Below, piece by piece: positions 27,101-40,700 of a stretch of DNA of 64,000 bases. Made by a program: the position numbers and the translations under genes. Position 1 is the stretch's first letter. Each line of letters begins with the position of its first letter. This DNA is from Trichoplax sp. H2 (taxonomy: Eukaryota), in the NCBI GenBank assembly GCA_003344405.1, contig NOWV01000255.1, positions 1-64,000 on the forward strand, read 5' to 3'. Under the pieces are notes generated by a model, which worked only from the letters and a program-made list of their open reading frames with translations, was not told the origin of the DNA and did no database searches.

Positions 27101-30100
27101 TCAGCGTTGGCCGAGACTATAAAAAGCCGAGCACTAGCTTAGCTGCTCAGTTCCATTTAATCACTTGCAGGATCACTTGACTGTTATTGCTAAGAATATT
27201 CTTACGTTTTTCTTTAGTACATTTTACGACTAAGATTAACTCAAATAAAGTGAAGTAAATAAACCTATTGCTCATTAGTAGCTTATTTGTGTAGCTGAGA
27301 GTTAGTTCAACTACGATAGGTCCCTAAGTTAGCTGGGAACACGAGTACTAGTGAAGATAGTGTTTAAGACCCGTTTTCTAGTTACAAAGGAGATTTGTAA
27401 CAAATGGGTATGATTTTAATCAATTTTGAAACATTGACTTCAGTAACTTTAAATTTAAAATTGCTTTTCTCCAGGGTTATTAAAGATACATCAGTGAAAG
27501 AGTTAAGGAAAGGAAATTTCGTTGGTTATTCCGGTTTGAAATACTTGTCAGTGCAAATAAAATTAAATCGCCATTTTCTTTCACAATTTAATTTATAAAT
27601 GTAAACCTATCTAATTTTTTATTAAATGCCACGATTCCTTTTCTTATTGATTTTTTTCTATATATAATTATGACAGGGACCTTTATAAAAATGATATTAA
27701 CTATATCGAAGGTCAAAGTTTTGCGGGAATGAGCGCATTAAAAAAACTGTAAGTCATTCAAGTAATCACCTCATTCGCCTCTTTGCAATATAACCCTTAA
27801 TAGCTTATGAAAATGCACCAAATAGATAGTTTTATGAATTTCCTAGTACGCGAATATGTACGTGTGAGATAGAGAGTAAAATTAGTAAAAATCTAATATG
27901 TTCTATATGCTAATGCTCTGATAAAACAGTAATAAGTAATGAATATTAGGAAATAATTCGGTATGTAATCTGAATTAAAAATTCAATTTCGTGTCTACTG
28001 TATCACCAAAAATAGGCAATACGCTCGTGCAAAATTAGTCTTAGTAATAATATAAATATTTTGTTTTGGCTGGGAAAACAATATCGTGAATTGTATAGTA
28101 ATACTAATTTAAGTCATCGTAAGGGAAATCTACATTATATTTATTTCTTTAATGTAGAGATATATCCTCCAATTTTATCACAATGTTATCGCCAGAAATG
28201 TTTTACGGGTTGGCAGCTGTTACAGAAATGTAAGTTTTCGTTATTGACGTACAGAACTGTTTCAAAATTGTTTTAATGTGTCATCATCTGCGCATCATTT
28301 ATGCATGCTATTGACAGGCTATATCTAAAAAATAAGTTGGATAAGACATTAGACAAGAAAAACATAATAAAGTTGATTGTATTTCCGTCAGATAAATTGA
28401 TTATGCTATAGGATAGATTTGTTATTTATGGCTGCAGTCGCTCATTAATAAATCACATTATATAATCAAAGATGATTTTTAAGCTTGATGAATGAATGTT
28501 TCGTTATATACGAGTATTTGTTTATTCTTGAAGAATAGATTCTTTGTGCTGGTTGGTATTACTATATGTATGATTTGTACTCTAGTCGATTTTTTAAGCT
28601 CTTATAGTTATTAATACTTATACCATATATCATACTGATAACGACATCAGTTATAACTGAAGGTATTAAAATTGGTACGAGAATATACTAGTCAAAAATG
28701 CACATTTCGCAAAATCTTATTGATCTAGTAGCAGCCTATGCAGTTCTAAGTTGAACTTTATCAAATATCAGTAGCCATAAATGAATTATTTTTAATTCAT
28801 TTCACCTATTTGGATTAGACTTGTGAAAGACAATCAAGTGGAAGCAATTGACGTTAACACCTTCAGAGAATTGACCAACTTGAAAGTGCTGTTAAGTATT
28901 AACTAGAGTCTATAGGCAATTGCGTGCGTAATAATTAATTTAATTTACATTTAAAACTAGCTTCAAATATGCACTAGCGTAAGTTGATAAAATGATTCAT
29001 AAGATCTACCGTTTTCTAATTTAATGAAAATTAAAAATTATCATTTAATTAGTTACCTTATTTATTAAAACTATTATTTGATTTTATAGGGCATTAGATG
29101 GCAATAAAATTGATCGCATCGATCCCATGATTTTTTATTACAACAAAAATTTAACAAATTTGTAAGTTAATAGCGTAGACTATGCTTAAACAATTAAGAA
29201 ATACGCCTTGATACATAAAATATATCACTAGTTTAGTATATAATAAGTTTTTAGCAAAGCATATGATATTTAATATCCTTTCATAAGTGACCTATAATAT
29301 GTTATTATCGAACTTACAGTAACTAAAAACATTTTAATGCTATTTCTTCTTTAATCGCGAATACTGCGGATGCATACATATATAATATATGGATAATAAA
29401 TTCAAATTTTAAGACATTTATTTCTCTTGTTATATGAGACAATAAACGATTGGTCTACTACTGCATTATGTATTACCTATTTGCTAGACAATATTCTTTA
29501 TTGCGTTTTAAAATTTATTTCTAGAGGCTTGAAATATAACAGAATTCGCCACTTAACACCTGCATTCACCACGCTGAAAAGACTTAAGATTCTGTAAGAA
29601 CTAAAATAAAGTTTCATTTCCATTACTGCGTGAAAATACAAATTATTGCATTATTCGTAATAAGCTGCCAAGTCTCAAATTTACTGCAGTCTGTGGAATA
29701 GCTTTCAAAATGAGATTAGTCTTGATAATCAAGAGCCTAAGGTTATTTGATTGGTTCAAATCAGTTTTTTCTAAGAATAAATTAGAAATAAATCTATTAG
29801 TCTACAAAGCTTAGGAGCACTTATTCCCCTAACTTCAATTCTTACGGTGAGATGATTACCTTTACTTTTGTGTTAAACCTAAAATAGGGTACGAATTTTA
29901 TTATACTACTTGTCGAACTTCTATTCTCGTCGGTAGTAGTTATATGAAACAGTAGCGGTAGTATTTCCTAAAACCCTAGAGACAGATTTACAGTTAAATT
30001 TTTAATTAATACAGCGAAGTTGGTGGCTATTAGTTATCGATATCTATGACCAATTCTATATAATCGAATTAAGACATATTGGCAGAATCATTTATGATAT

Positions 30101-31755
30101 ACAACCTACCATCCATTAAAATTACTATCACGATAGCTCATAATATAACCAGTTAATGTCAATACACATATGAAAATACCAGTAACATACTTGCATAATT
30201 TTCTATTGTGTAATCGAATTCATTACGATTTTTCTCGTACTGTAAATATTTTATCTTCATTAATATAAGAATATGAACTTCATAAAATTTAAAAATCTAT
30301 CCTTCACGTTAGTTAGAGCTGTAACACTGTAATTTGCTATTGCATCACTTGTATGCTAGAAGTAAATTCTATCATACTAAACTCTTTTTTAAACAATTAA
30401 TAGAATAATAGTTCTAATGTTAAAAGAAAATGAGCAAAATTAATACTACTATTTTTTTCATCTTGTCTTGAATAGACAGTTATCTAATAACCCTTTGGTT
30501 TACCTTCCTCACGCTGCTCTTTTTGGATTAATGAGTTTAGATGTTCTGTAAGTAACAATTGTACGACCGAAGCTAAATTACGCATGCCATATGCAAAATC
30601 TAGAAATATAGTTGACTTATACCTTTACAGTAGCGACCTTACTGCTAGCTGAAACGATACTTAATTAGTGCTATTTATTGATCTCTTAATTAAAGCTAAC
30701 AACTACAATGGATTAAAAAGTACATTAAAATTAATTATATTATTTCTTTAATGGATCAAGTATAATTCTATCCTATGATTATTAGATATCATTAGTCTTA
30801 ACTGATAATTATAGTATTATTTGATTATATGCAAATTTCCAATATGAAATAAGTAGAAATTTTGTTCACATGTAATTGGTAGTCTATCTTTTATTTTTAC
30901 AACAGCCTCTTGTAAATTTTCAAATAGTAGAACTATTTCTTATTAATTCCTACAAAAATTAATAAACTACAATATAGATATGTTGGAGGCAGAAATTTTA
31001 AAGGCTTTCTTCCAGGCAGTTTGAGTCATCTGCGAGAATTAAAATCAATGTAGGCTAACATTTAAGTTTTAATTTTCGGAAATCATAATATCAGTTACGA
31101 TAATCGGTTTACAGTAATGGCTGTCATCATCTTCCGGAAGACGTTTATTTTATATTAATTATTTTGTGTTATTTTAAGATAAAATAAAGAAATTTTATCT
31201 AGTTTTTAGTTCGATATTTTATTAAAAAGTAAAATTAAAACAGTTATTATTTTGATTAACCTGGTAGATGGGTTGACTTTCACAACTATTCAATATCACA
31301 AATAACCAAACAAACGATTTCTGGTCTACCAGCATTGATCACATTGTAAGTCAATTTTAAGTGAATGAGCTGGTATACTTAATTAATATAACTGCATCAT
31401 AATTATATAGTTCACATATATAATAAGGCGAATAAAGTGTTTTTATATATCATTTTGAATATCCCCTAACGATATTTATTTTTTGGTTTAAATATATTTA
31501 TTCATATAGCAATCTTTCAAAATATACTCAAACGGCTTATAACACATTTTTATTCTCATTGTGACCTTCTAAATCTAATTTTTTTTAACTTTGTTTTAAC
31601 AGATACATACGCCAGCTGATGTTTGGCAATGTCACAATCGTTAATAGTACTTTCTCGTCGAAGGAACAATTAAGAATTTTGTCAGTGATATTTTATTTTA
31701 TATCAGTAAATTCTCACTGTAATACAATTATAACAAGCACTTATATTATTGTATC

Positions 31756-31786
<31 letters not shown>

Positions 31787-34700
31787 TATACGATATATAG
31801 CAAGTATGATATACTTTACAGAAAATTGAATATCACTGTCATAGCCGAGATTACAACACAAAAATAACGGGACTCTTTCCTCTAAAGTGGTCTTAACTAT
31901 CTAAGCAATTAACTCTAAGCACTCTTTAATCTATCAAACCTAGATTCGAGTCTTAGACGATAGAATACTTACGTTAAGGATCAAAACTTTATTCTAAAAG
32001 CCATTTTTTAAAATGACCGATTGAACTCACAACTTACAATCTAGTACTAACATTTGGTAACCATCTGTTATCGACTAACTTATCAACTCCCTCAATGAAG
32101 AACTTTGAGACTTCCAAATAGCCTCACAAACTTCATTGGTGCAAAACAATAATAAATTTATAGCCAAGCCTACAGGCTGAATATCGCAAGAATCATAACA
32201 CAGATTCTACAATATTCAATCGTAATTAATTAATGGCTTGGTGTTAACATACGATTCATTACTCAACAAAATTATATCATTGATGACGCAACAATTAATT
32301 AATTTTCACAATTTCATAATGTTTTATATTGATTATATATCTTATTACATTGATTTTCAGCAACGTAAGAAATTGCAGAGGTATTTATCGCATTGAAAGT
32401 GGTGCATTTCATGGATTAAAAGAGCTAAGAACTGTGTAAGACTTTCCATTGATTATATATCAATAATTGCATATTCTTGACAACTACATCAAACAGTAAG
32501 AATTGAGTATGATTTAATTCATGGAAATAAAGATAAAATAGGAATAGAGACTTGTACATAAATGATAAAAATTACCAAATCTCAAATTCTCGAGATAAAA
32601 TGATCATTTATAAAGCTTTTACAGTTTCCGTATAAATAATAAATTTTCAAAAGAAACTCCGAGATTTAATATAGCTTCGATTATAGTAAGGCTTTCAATG
32701 AGCGTTTTAAAGGAGTATCTAGTAAAATTAGCAATAAGAATTGTTGCTCCTTATTTGTGGTAGGTAAGATTTTATGTAACTTACCAGCTATTATTCCGTG
32801 CAAATACAGCCGTAGAGATTTAGTACCGTAGTTTACTAGTGTTTATTGTTATATATTATTTATTATTGCTATAAAGTTAGATAATCAATTAGTAGAATTT
32901 TAAATTCGACAAGCTCTTAAAATAAGGATTATATTGTTGCTATCTATTTACATAACTATTTCTGATATACGTACCAAGTTTAATAGCTTTAATTCAGTTT
33001 ATTGTTAGTAATTTTACGTTAGAAGTTCTTATAGTGCAATAAAAATCAAGAGTGGCATATATAATGGTATGCTACCATATTTTAAATATAAAAGATAAGT
33101 AGATAATATTTTGGTAGATTATCCATTAATATTAAAACATTTATTCCAGCAATAGTAAGGACATGACAAGCATCAAAGTTTTCGATATATTAATTTCAGT
33201 CGATTCTATGTTTGCTTTCAGAATTATGGTTTATACAAGTTTGAATAAGCTTCTTAATGGGACATTCAGTAATCTACCTAAGTTAAAAGATTTGTATGTT
33301 TCAAATTAACGGCGACTGCGTAATGAATATCTAAAATTTACTTAAAAGGAAAAGAGCTAATTTTTTACCTTAACATTCTAAAGTATAAAGTTGCTCATAA
33401 GTCAAAATTTTCTTGTAGTACAGCTGTTAAATTTATTATTCGCAACATTAAATTATCTTATATTACGCCTATTACATTATCAAAAAAGATTTTATTTGTA
33501 AGTTTAATCTTACAGCTAGATGTTCACAGTCTTATCATTAGCAATTTGCAAATATTATAATTCAGATAAACAATAATTGAAAATCATTAAGCTAGCCTAA
33601 GAAATAAGTCAGTGGAGGGTTTCTTGCAGATTTTTAGTAATGGTACAAGTAATACAACTTATTTTGATTTTCTGTAGGGTTTGAAATAGACGAGATAATT
33701 ATTACACATAAATATAATTTTAGGGAGTCGATATAAGCTTGCGTTCTATTAATAAATATAATAATATTTTCATAGAAATCTGCATATGAATAATATTGAA
33801 AAAGTCGAAGAAGGAGTATTTGCTGGTTCTAATAACATCAAGACGATGTAGGAATTATATTTATATTTTAATATTTATAAATATAACTTAATTTTAAATC
33901 TAGACTGCTTTTCATATTTTGATCTAAGATCTTAAAATTTTTAAATATCTCATATGATTAAAAGCTATTTAAATAGCAACAGCATTCGCGTTATTCCAAA
34001 ATTACTCTTCGAAAATCTATCTATATTACGGGAGATGTAAGCTTAACACATTTCTATTGATTACTAATCTTAAAATATTATTTACTGTGATAATTTCATA
34101 GCCAATCCACGGATATTTTTAATTTATATCAATAGAGATCTATCTAATAATCGAATTGAAAGAATTGCAGATAGAGCTTTTAGTGATTTACATAGCTTAA
34201 CAAAGCTGTAGGTCAAGTATTAATGACTGTAATGAATTTACTTCAATATATTTATGTAACCTTAATCATTCTGTAGTAGTACAGAAATCTAATAAGAGGT
34301 TCATGCACTCATGCTAATTACTGTCCATAAGAGAATGGGTCTAATGGAGATGATTAGCGAGTTTTAAAATGTGCAAGATGGATTAAATTCTTTTTCCATT
34401 TTCATTAAGGTACCTGCAAAGAAATATGATTGGAGAAATCACATCGGAAATGTTTCAAGGCCTATCAAGTCTTCAATTACTGTAAACTCTATGTTTAATC
34501 TATAAAATAGTTGTTGATTATAGTTTGTTTATTTTTACTTACTTGCAAGTGAATTGTTATATTTTATTGTCTTGTGCTATTACTAAATATTCTGTAAATC
34601 CTTCATTACATAATATTGCAATCAAAATAATTTTATAAGTACAGAGGAAGAACTTTGATCATTATGGAGTTCAATTTCTCACACTAATGTTATTTGACGA

Positions 34701-37700
34701 AAATTTATATCTTCTCCAGTAAACTATCATCGAATCAGATAACTAAATTAAGCAGCTACGGCTTATCCACGTTAGTCTCGGTTGTATCTCTGTAAGTTTT
34801 ATTATGATAAATTAACATAGTCAAGCTAAGGTGAAGCTTGGAATTTTCCTATGATAAAGCTTATACTTGGTTAACCTATTAGAGAGCTTTCAAGTAATGT
34901 TATCCAAAATATTGAGAGTGATACATTTGCTGGGCTTATCAAACTTAAAAATTTGTGAGTATTAGCTATAAATGGGATTACATACATTACTGTATATATT
35001 ATAATTCTATTATTACTGAGTAAGATTAAATCAGGTAACATTTCATAGGCACAGTGTGCTAATGATATTAGTGATCAAATTGTTTTAGTTCAAATTTCAG
35101 AATGCTTTAATTATCCATAATCATTGCCTACTTAGGGTATTATCGAGTAACAATATCCATCGGGTGAAGAAACATGCTTTCTCTAATCTACCCGAACTGG
35201 AATCATTGTATGTAGAATATTGGTAACAAATAAATAGAGTATCAGCTAATGCATCATACCATAAAGTTTTATAAATTGACTATAATTAATTTAGGAATCT
35301 GGATCACAATCTTATCCATTTAATAGAAGCGTGTGCTTTTAATAGATTGAAGAAATTAAGAATATTGTAAGTATTGTACAAACTTATAGAATTGTACAAT
35401 TGTACAAGCCTTCACGCGATATTCTACATTAATTTGGATGACGAGCCGAAAATAGATACAATAATTACTTGACACTATTGCAGGCAACTGAACGGAAATA
35501 ATTTACCATTTATCAATGATGGAATGTTTCATCGATTACACAATTTGCAAGCTTTGTAAGAATATTTTCCATCAATATTCTTGATCAATACTGCGTTTGT
35601 ACTTTTAAGTAAAGCTTAGATTCAATTTCCTTTACTATAAAAGATTAAATGATAAGTAATCGTACGATACTTAAACTTACTTTCTTAGGGAATTATCCAG
35701 CAATCAAATTGACCATCTGGAAATCAGAGATATGCAGTCGCTACCCAGCTTAACTGCATTGTAATTGATGATAAAATAATTAATTAATAAATATGCTTCA
35801 GTATTTGTGGCTTATAAAATTTACTTTGAAATAAAACAGCCAAAACTAAAAGTTGCCATAGTACCATATTCGTAAAAATATTTTATAATTTTTATTAACG
35901 AATACGTACATTGATGATATACAGAAATTTAGCAAATAATTTACTCAGTAATATTTCTTCCGCGAGCATGAAAGGATTATCTCATTTGAAAACTTTGTAA
36001 GTTATTCAGAATTATTTGAAAGTATTTATTTTCATGAAATAAGGGGATAAACAAATATACGATATTAAGCAGTAATTTTACATACTATTTTCGTAGATGG
36101 CTTGATGAAAACAGATTTTCTTCTCTAAAATTTGCCGATGAAATTAAGCTGCTGAATCTTACCCATCTGTAAGTGCGAAAATCAGTACGTACTTAGAAAC
36201 GTTAAGAACTCTAGTATATATGTTATATATTTGAGTGGATAAAGGAATATAAATTATAATTTTTGATTCGCTGTTTTGTAAGAAGATTGAAATCATCACC
36301 ATTTTGTTTACAGATATCTAAGAAATAATCAGATTTTGTTGTCAAAACACATACTCCTAAAAGGCTTACCTCAATTGGAGACATTGTAAGTTGTTTAAAA
36401 GATGATGGATATATAACTGATAAAAAATAATTGCAATATATTTTCAAGTGTAAATATCTATAATTGCATAATGCGTACTAAATGAATCTTAGTGTCTTAC
36501 TTATTTGATGTTAATAGATAATAAATAAGTATAATTCAAATATTATCTACAATATACCGGGTGCAGTTTATATTTATCATCTTTAATAGTATAGAGGGTA
36601 AAAATTAAGATTAAATGCTTATAAAAATGTTATGTCCCTTAGAGCTCTGGATGGAAATTTTATTACACACTACGAAAATCTCTTATTGGGTGAAAATGCT
36701 AATGTCAGCTATTTGTAAGATTATAAATCATTCTTTATCTTCTTCAATTGATGACATATTATTACTAGTAAATCTGTTTCAATAGCTGTGACTGCCATTT
36801 TCAATATCAATTTTGAAATGCACATTGCCTTAGTTCATATTATTAGAGTATACAGCTACTGCTATTAGCTAGAATCGCTACACTGCAATAGTTCATTTAA
36901 TTTGTTTTAGATTTATTAATAAATAATATTGTTATATGTACGCGTATCATCGAAAATTTGAAAAAACCTATTTTTGATCCAATTTGTAATCATTGTGTCT
37001 ATAGGGGCTTCTCTAGAAATAAAATTAAAACAATTTGGCACCGGCCAAATGAAAAAATTAATTGTACATACCTGTAAGCTATTATAAAATCCTATAGTTG
37101 GCTTATAATAGATAATAATAAATAATAGCAAAATCACTTAAAAATGTACGTCAAATTTAAACCATGTTTTACAATCTCTACGGATATATTAGTGATTAAA
37201 TTGGCAATCTTACACTCAATATTTCAATGTCTTACACTAATTTATTTCCATTCTAGAGATTTATCTCATAATATGTTAGAGGTTATACCCTATTTTGAAA
37301 CAAAGGATTATGTTCAAGTTTTGTAAGTGGTTAGAATTGTAAAGAGTATTTTATAGGCATTATATTTGAATATGATTTTACCTTAAATGAAGTTGATTTA
37401 TGCTTGCTTATATCTTATTTATTTTTAAACATTTAAATTATGGACTAGAAATTTGTCCTATAATGCCATTTATGATCTAAGTGCGACTGATTCATCTAAA
37501 TCAATAACTTTTGAAGCGATGTAAGTTTGGAAAATGTTAAAACTATTTACCAATTAATTATCGCTGTACATTGTAATAAATTCAATTTTTATTTTATTTG
37601 CATCTCAGCGATCTAAGCGGAAACTTAATAAAAAGTATCCCTCTTAAATTCTTTTCACGAATGCCATTTCATGAGAGCTTGAAAGAAATGTATTTGATTA

Positions 37701-40700
37701 ATTAAATAATATTTTTTTAACAGTTTGCAATAATTACCGTCATCTTATTGATTGTTTTTGTATTATTAATCATTATCTCAATTTGCTAATACTTTACGCA
37801 TTTTAATTTTAGATATTTATCCAGAAATCGTTTAAGCAATCTCGAAGAAAGTTGTTTTATTTCATTATTGCAACTGGAAAAACTGTAAGGATGAAAGTTT
37901 AAATTTTAGTAGCTTTTAAATCCATCGAAATGTATCTTACAAGATATTTATTCGGGATATTTTCATGGCCTATAGCATAAAGATTTATGCAGTATATTGA
38001 GTTTATAACTGATAGTACCAAAATGGTAAAAAAACTTAAACTTAAATTATATTTATGGTCATTTATACGGCTAGTCAAAAAATATATAAAATTTTAAAGT
38101 ATTGACTTCAAGTTCAAATTTAATTGAAAAACGAAATTATTTCCATATTATCTGGCCAAATCAAAAATGATTGTAGCTATAATCTTCATATATCATTAAT
38201 ATATAACTATTTTACGTCGATATTTCGTTTTTAGAGACCTAAGCACGAACTACCTGTCAGAAATGGACTTTTTAAGGCACCTACGCGAGCTGAGATATTT
38301 GTACGGTTACGCAATGATTGTAGCTAAGTACAACAGACATTTGTTACAGCTTGATATAATGTTTATATACCTCAAACTATTTACTAGTATTATAAGTAAT
38401 TCTATCGAAAAATTAGTACTTAAGCAAAGTTTACCTGTGTGATGGAGGGTTCAATATCTCAGAGGATTGAGATTTAGTCGCCATTTACAATTATTACAAC
38501 AAAGGGTTTATAAAAGTTATGCTTTATTGTAGGTTAGTAATGTGAAGTACAGTGAGGTAGTTACGGTAGATCAGCGTGCAAGCTGTCGTGAGTAACGAGT
38601 AGAAGTATTAGACTGTGAGAGACTAACTAGAAGACTAACTGAGAGGCTAATGATCTCTGAGGTAGAAATCGCCGGTATTTATAGTTTTAAAGATAGAGCA
38701 CATGCAGAGAATAGGATTGTGGAATTAGATACAACATATACCATAACAGGTTACAAAAAAGCAGATGATTGTAGAAAACAGCGAGTACCTTAATAACTAA
38801 ATACAGTAGTCTATATATGAATGTAGAGTAAGCGGACTGTAGATCTGTCTAAATATAAGAGCAATACAACATGTCTATACTTAAGAGTAGAATATAGTTA
38901 CAGTATGTTCTAAATACAATCAACCTGATATTCTATAACAATGTAATATATATTATATACCCCAAATTATTTGCTATTATTATGACCATGATATCAAAAA
39001 ATTAGTATCTAAGCACAGATACTTGATAATTCTGCAACATTATAATATACATACTCTAGACTATTTACTATTATTATCAAAAATTATATCAAAAAACTAA
39101 CAATTTAGCTACTTGATATTTCTACAACAATTTACTTTCTGTCTGTAGGAGTTTGGATAATAATTTTATTGCCAAAGTTAATAAGGATTGTATTAGAAAT
39201 CTTACTTCATTGACAGAGCTGTAAGTATATGTGCGAGTATACGACATGTTAAGCACGAAAGTCTGATAGAATGTTAAAGGGAAGAGGGTGGAGATTTACT
39301 TTAAAATCTTCTTCGCACTGGATTCCATTTGCGCATTTGCTTTCTATTTTATCATCTGATTTAAATTTATATTTTAATATTAAGAATAAAGAGTATTTTC
39401 TAACTGAGAATTCTCTAACATGCAGACTCCGGTCTAAAACTGAAATAATTCTCTCCTACAGTTATATAGGCATGTTACCAATAATACTAATGCAATCCTT
39501 TTTTAATATTAACAGAAGATTAAGGCGAAATCTAATACGGCGATTAAAAACGGGCACTTTTAACTTTAACAATTCTATCCAATGTCTGTAAGCATATTAT
39601 GTCATATATTAAAATCCAATGCTGTATCTTCAGTTCTATGCATAAGCAGCATCTAGAAGAATAAAATTTTTAATCATTTAATGTCAATTTTTAGCACTGG
39701 CTATCAATAAAATTGTTATTATTGTGACCGGTTTTATTTCTGTACAGGGCACATGGGTGAACAAAAAGTATAATTCGATATGATTAAGGTAGTAAACGAT
39801 TCTTGGTCTATATGTTTGTAGGGATTTATCTTGGAATATGATTAAGTACATTGAAGAAGAAGCATTAATAGGCCTTGACAAACTCCAAATACTGTAAGAT
39901 TAAAAATGATGAAAGCATTGATAAAAAATGTACAGTAGTAACAGTAATAATAAATTTGGTTAAGGATTTGATACCTTACATATATTATGTAATTTTCGTT
40001 AAGGTAGTGGGTTAAATGGATAGTACGGTTAAGTTTTACTCCATAGCAATAAGATACAATATCCTATCATTAGATGTGGGATATTATAATTTAAAAAATT
40101 TAACCCTATTTTCCATAGGCGACTTGATCATAACCGGATTATAACTCCTACTAATCTTCTTACCAGATCTTTACAAAAATTGGAAATATTGTTAGTAAAT
40201 TATTAATGTTTTTGTTATCCCAGAATCGATAAAATTAACATAATTTTGTTTATAGGTACCTACGCGATAATCAAATAGAACATTTGCGAGAAGAAGTCTT
40301 CAGCAATTTGATCTCAATTAAGGAAATGTAAGTGTTACTTGGATGAAACATCTCATTAATGTCTTTCTGGTTTGTAACTAAATAAAATTCTAATAAAACA
40401 ACTTCCTTATTAGTTATCTTGACGGCAATAAAATGGACAGTTTGATCGATGTAACTTTCACCCGATTAGCTCGTTTAACGATTTTGTAAGTATAACAGAT
40501 GGTGGTGAGCAGAAGCTGATCAGAGTAATTATAGATCGAAGAAACGATATATCTGTATTTTTAAAGTTGCTAGGCTAGCTAATATAAATAGCTATTAATC
40601 TATGGAATAGAATTTACATTTAATGGCGTATCGATGTAAATATCTTTGATTTATAAAGCAATATCTTTTATTATATTTTTAATTAAGCTCTGCAAGCAGG

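Noticed and set aside
27000..27402. Another LTR-like segment (TATAAAA, AATAAA, ends TGTAACA)
   Set aside because: No left terminus, TSD or second copy identified.
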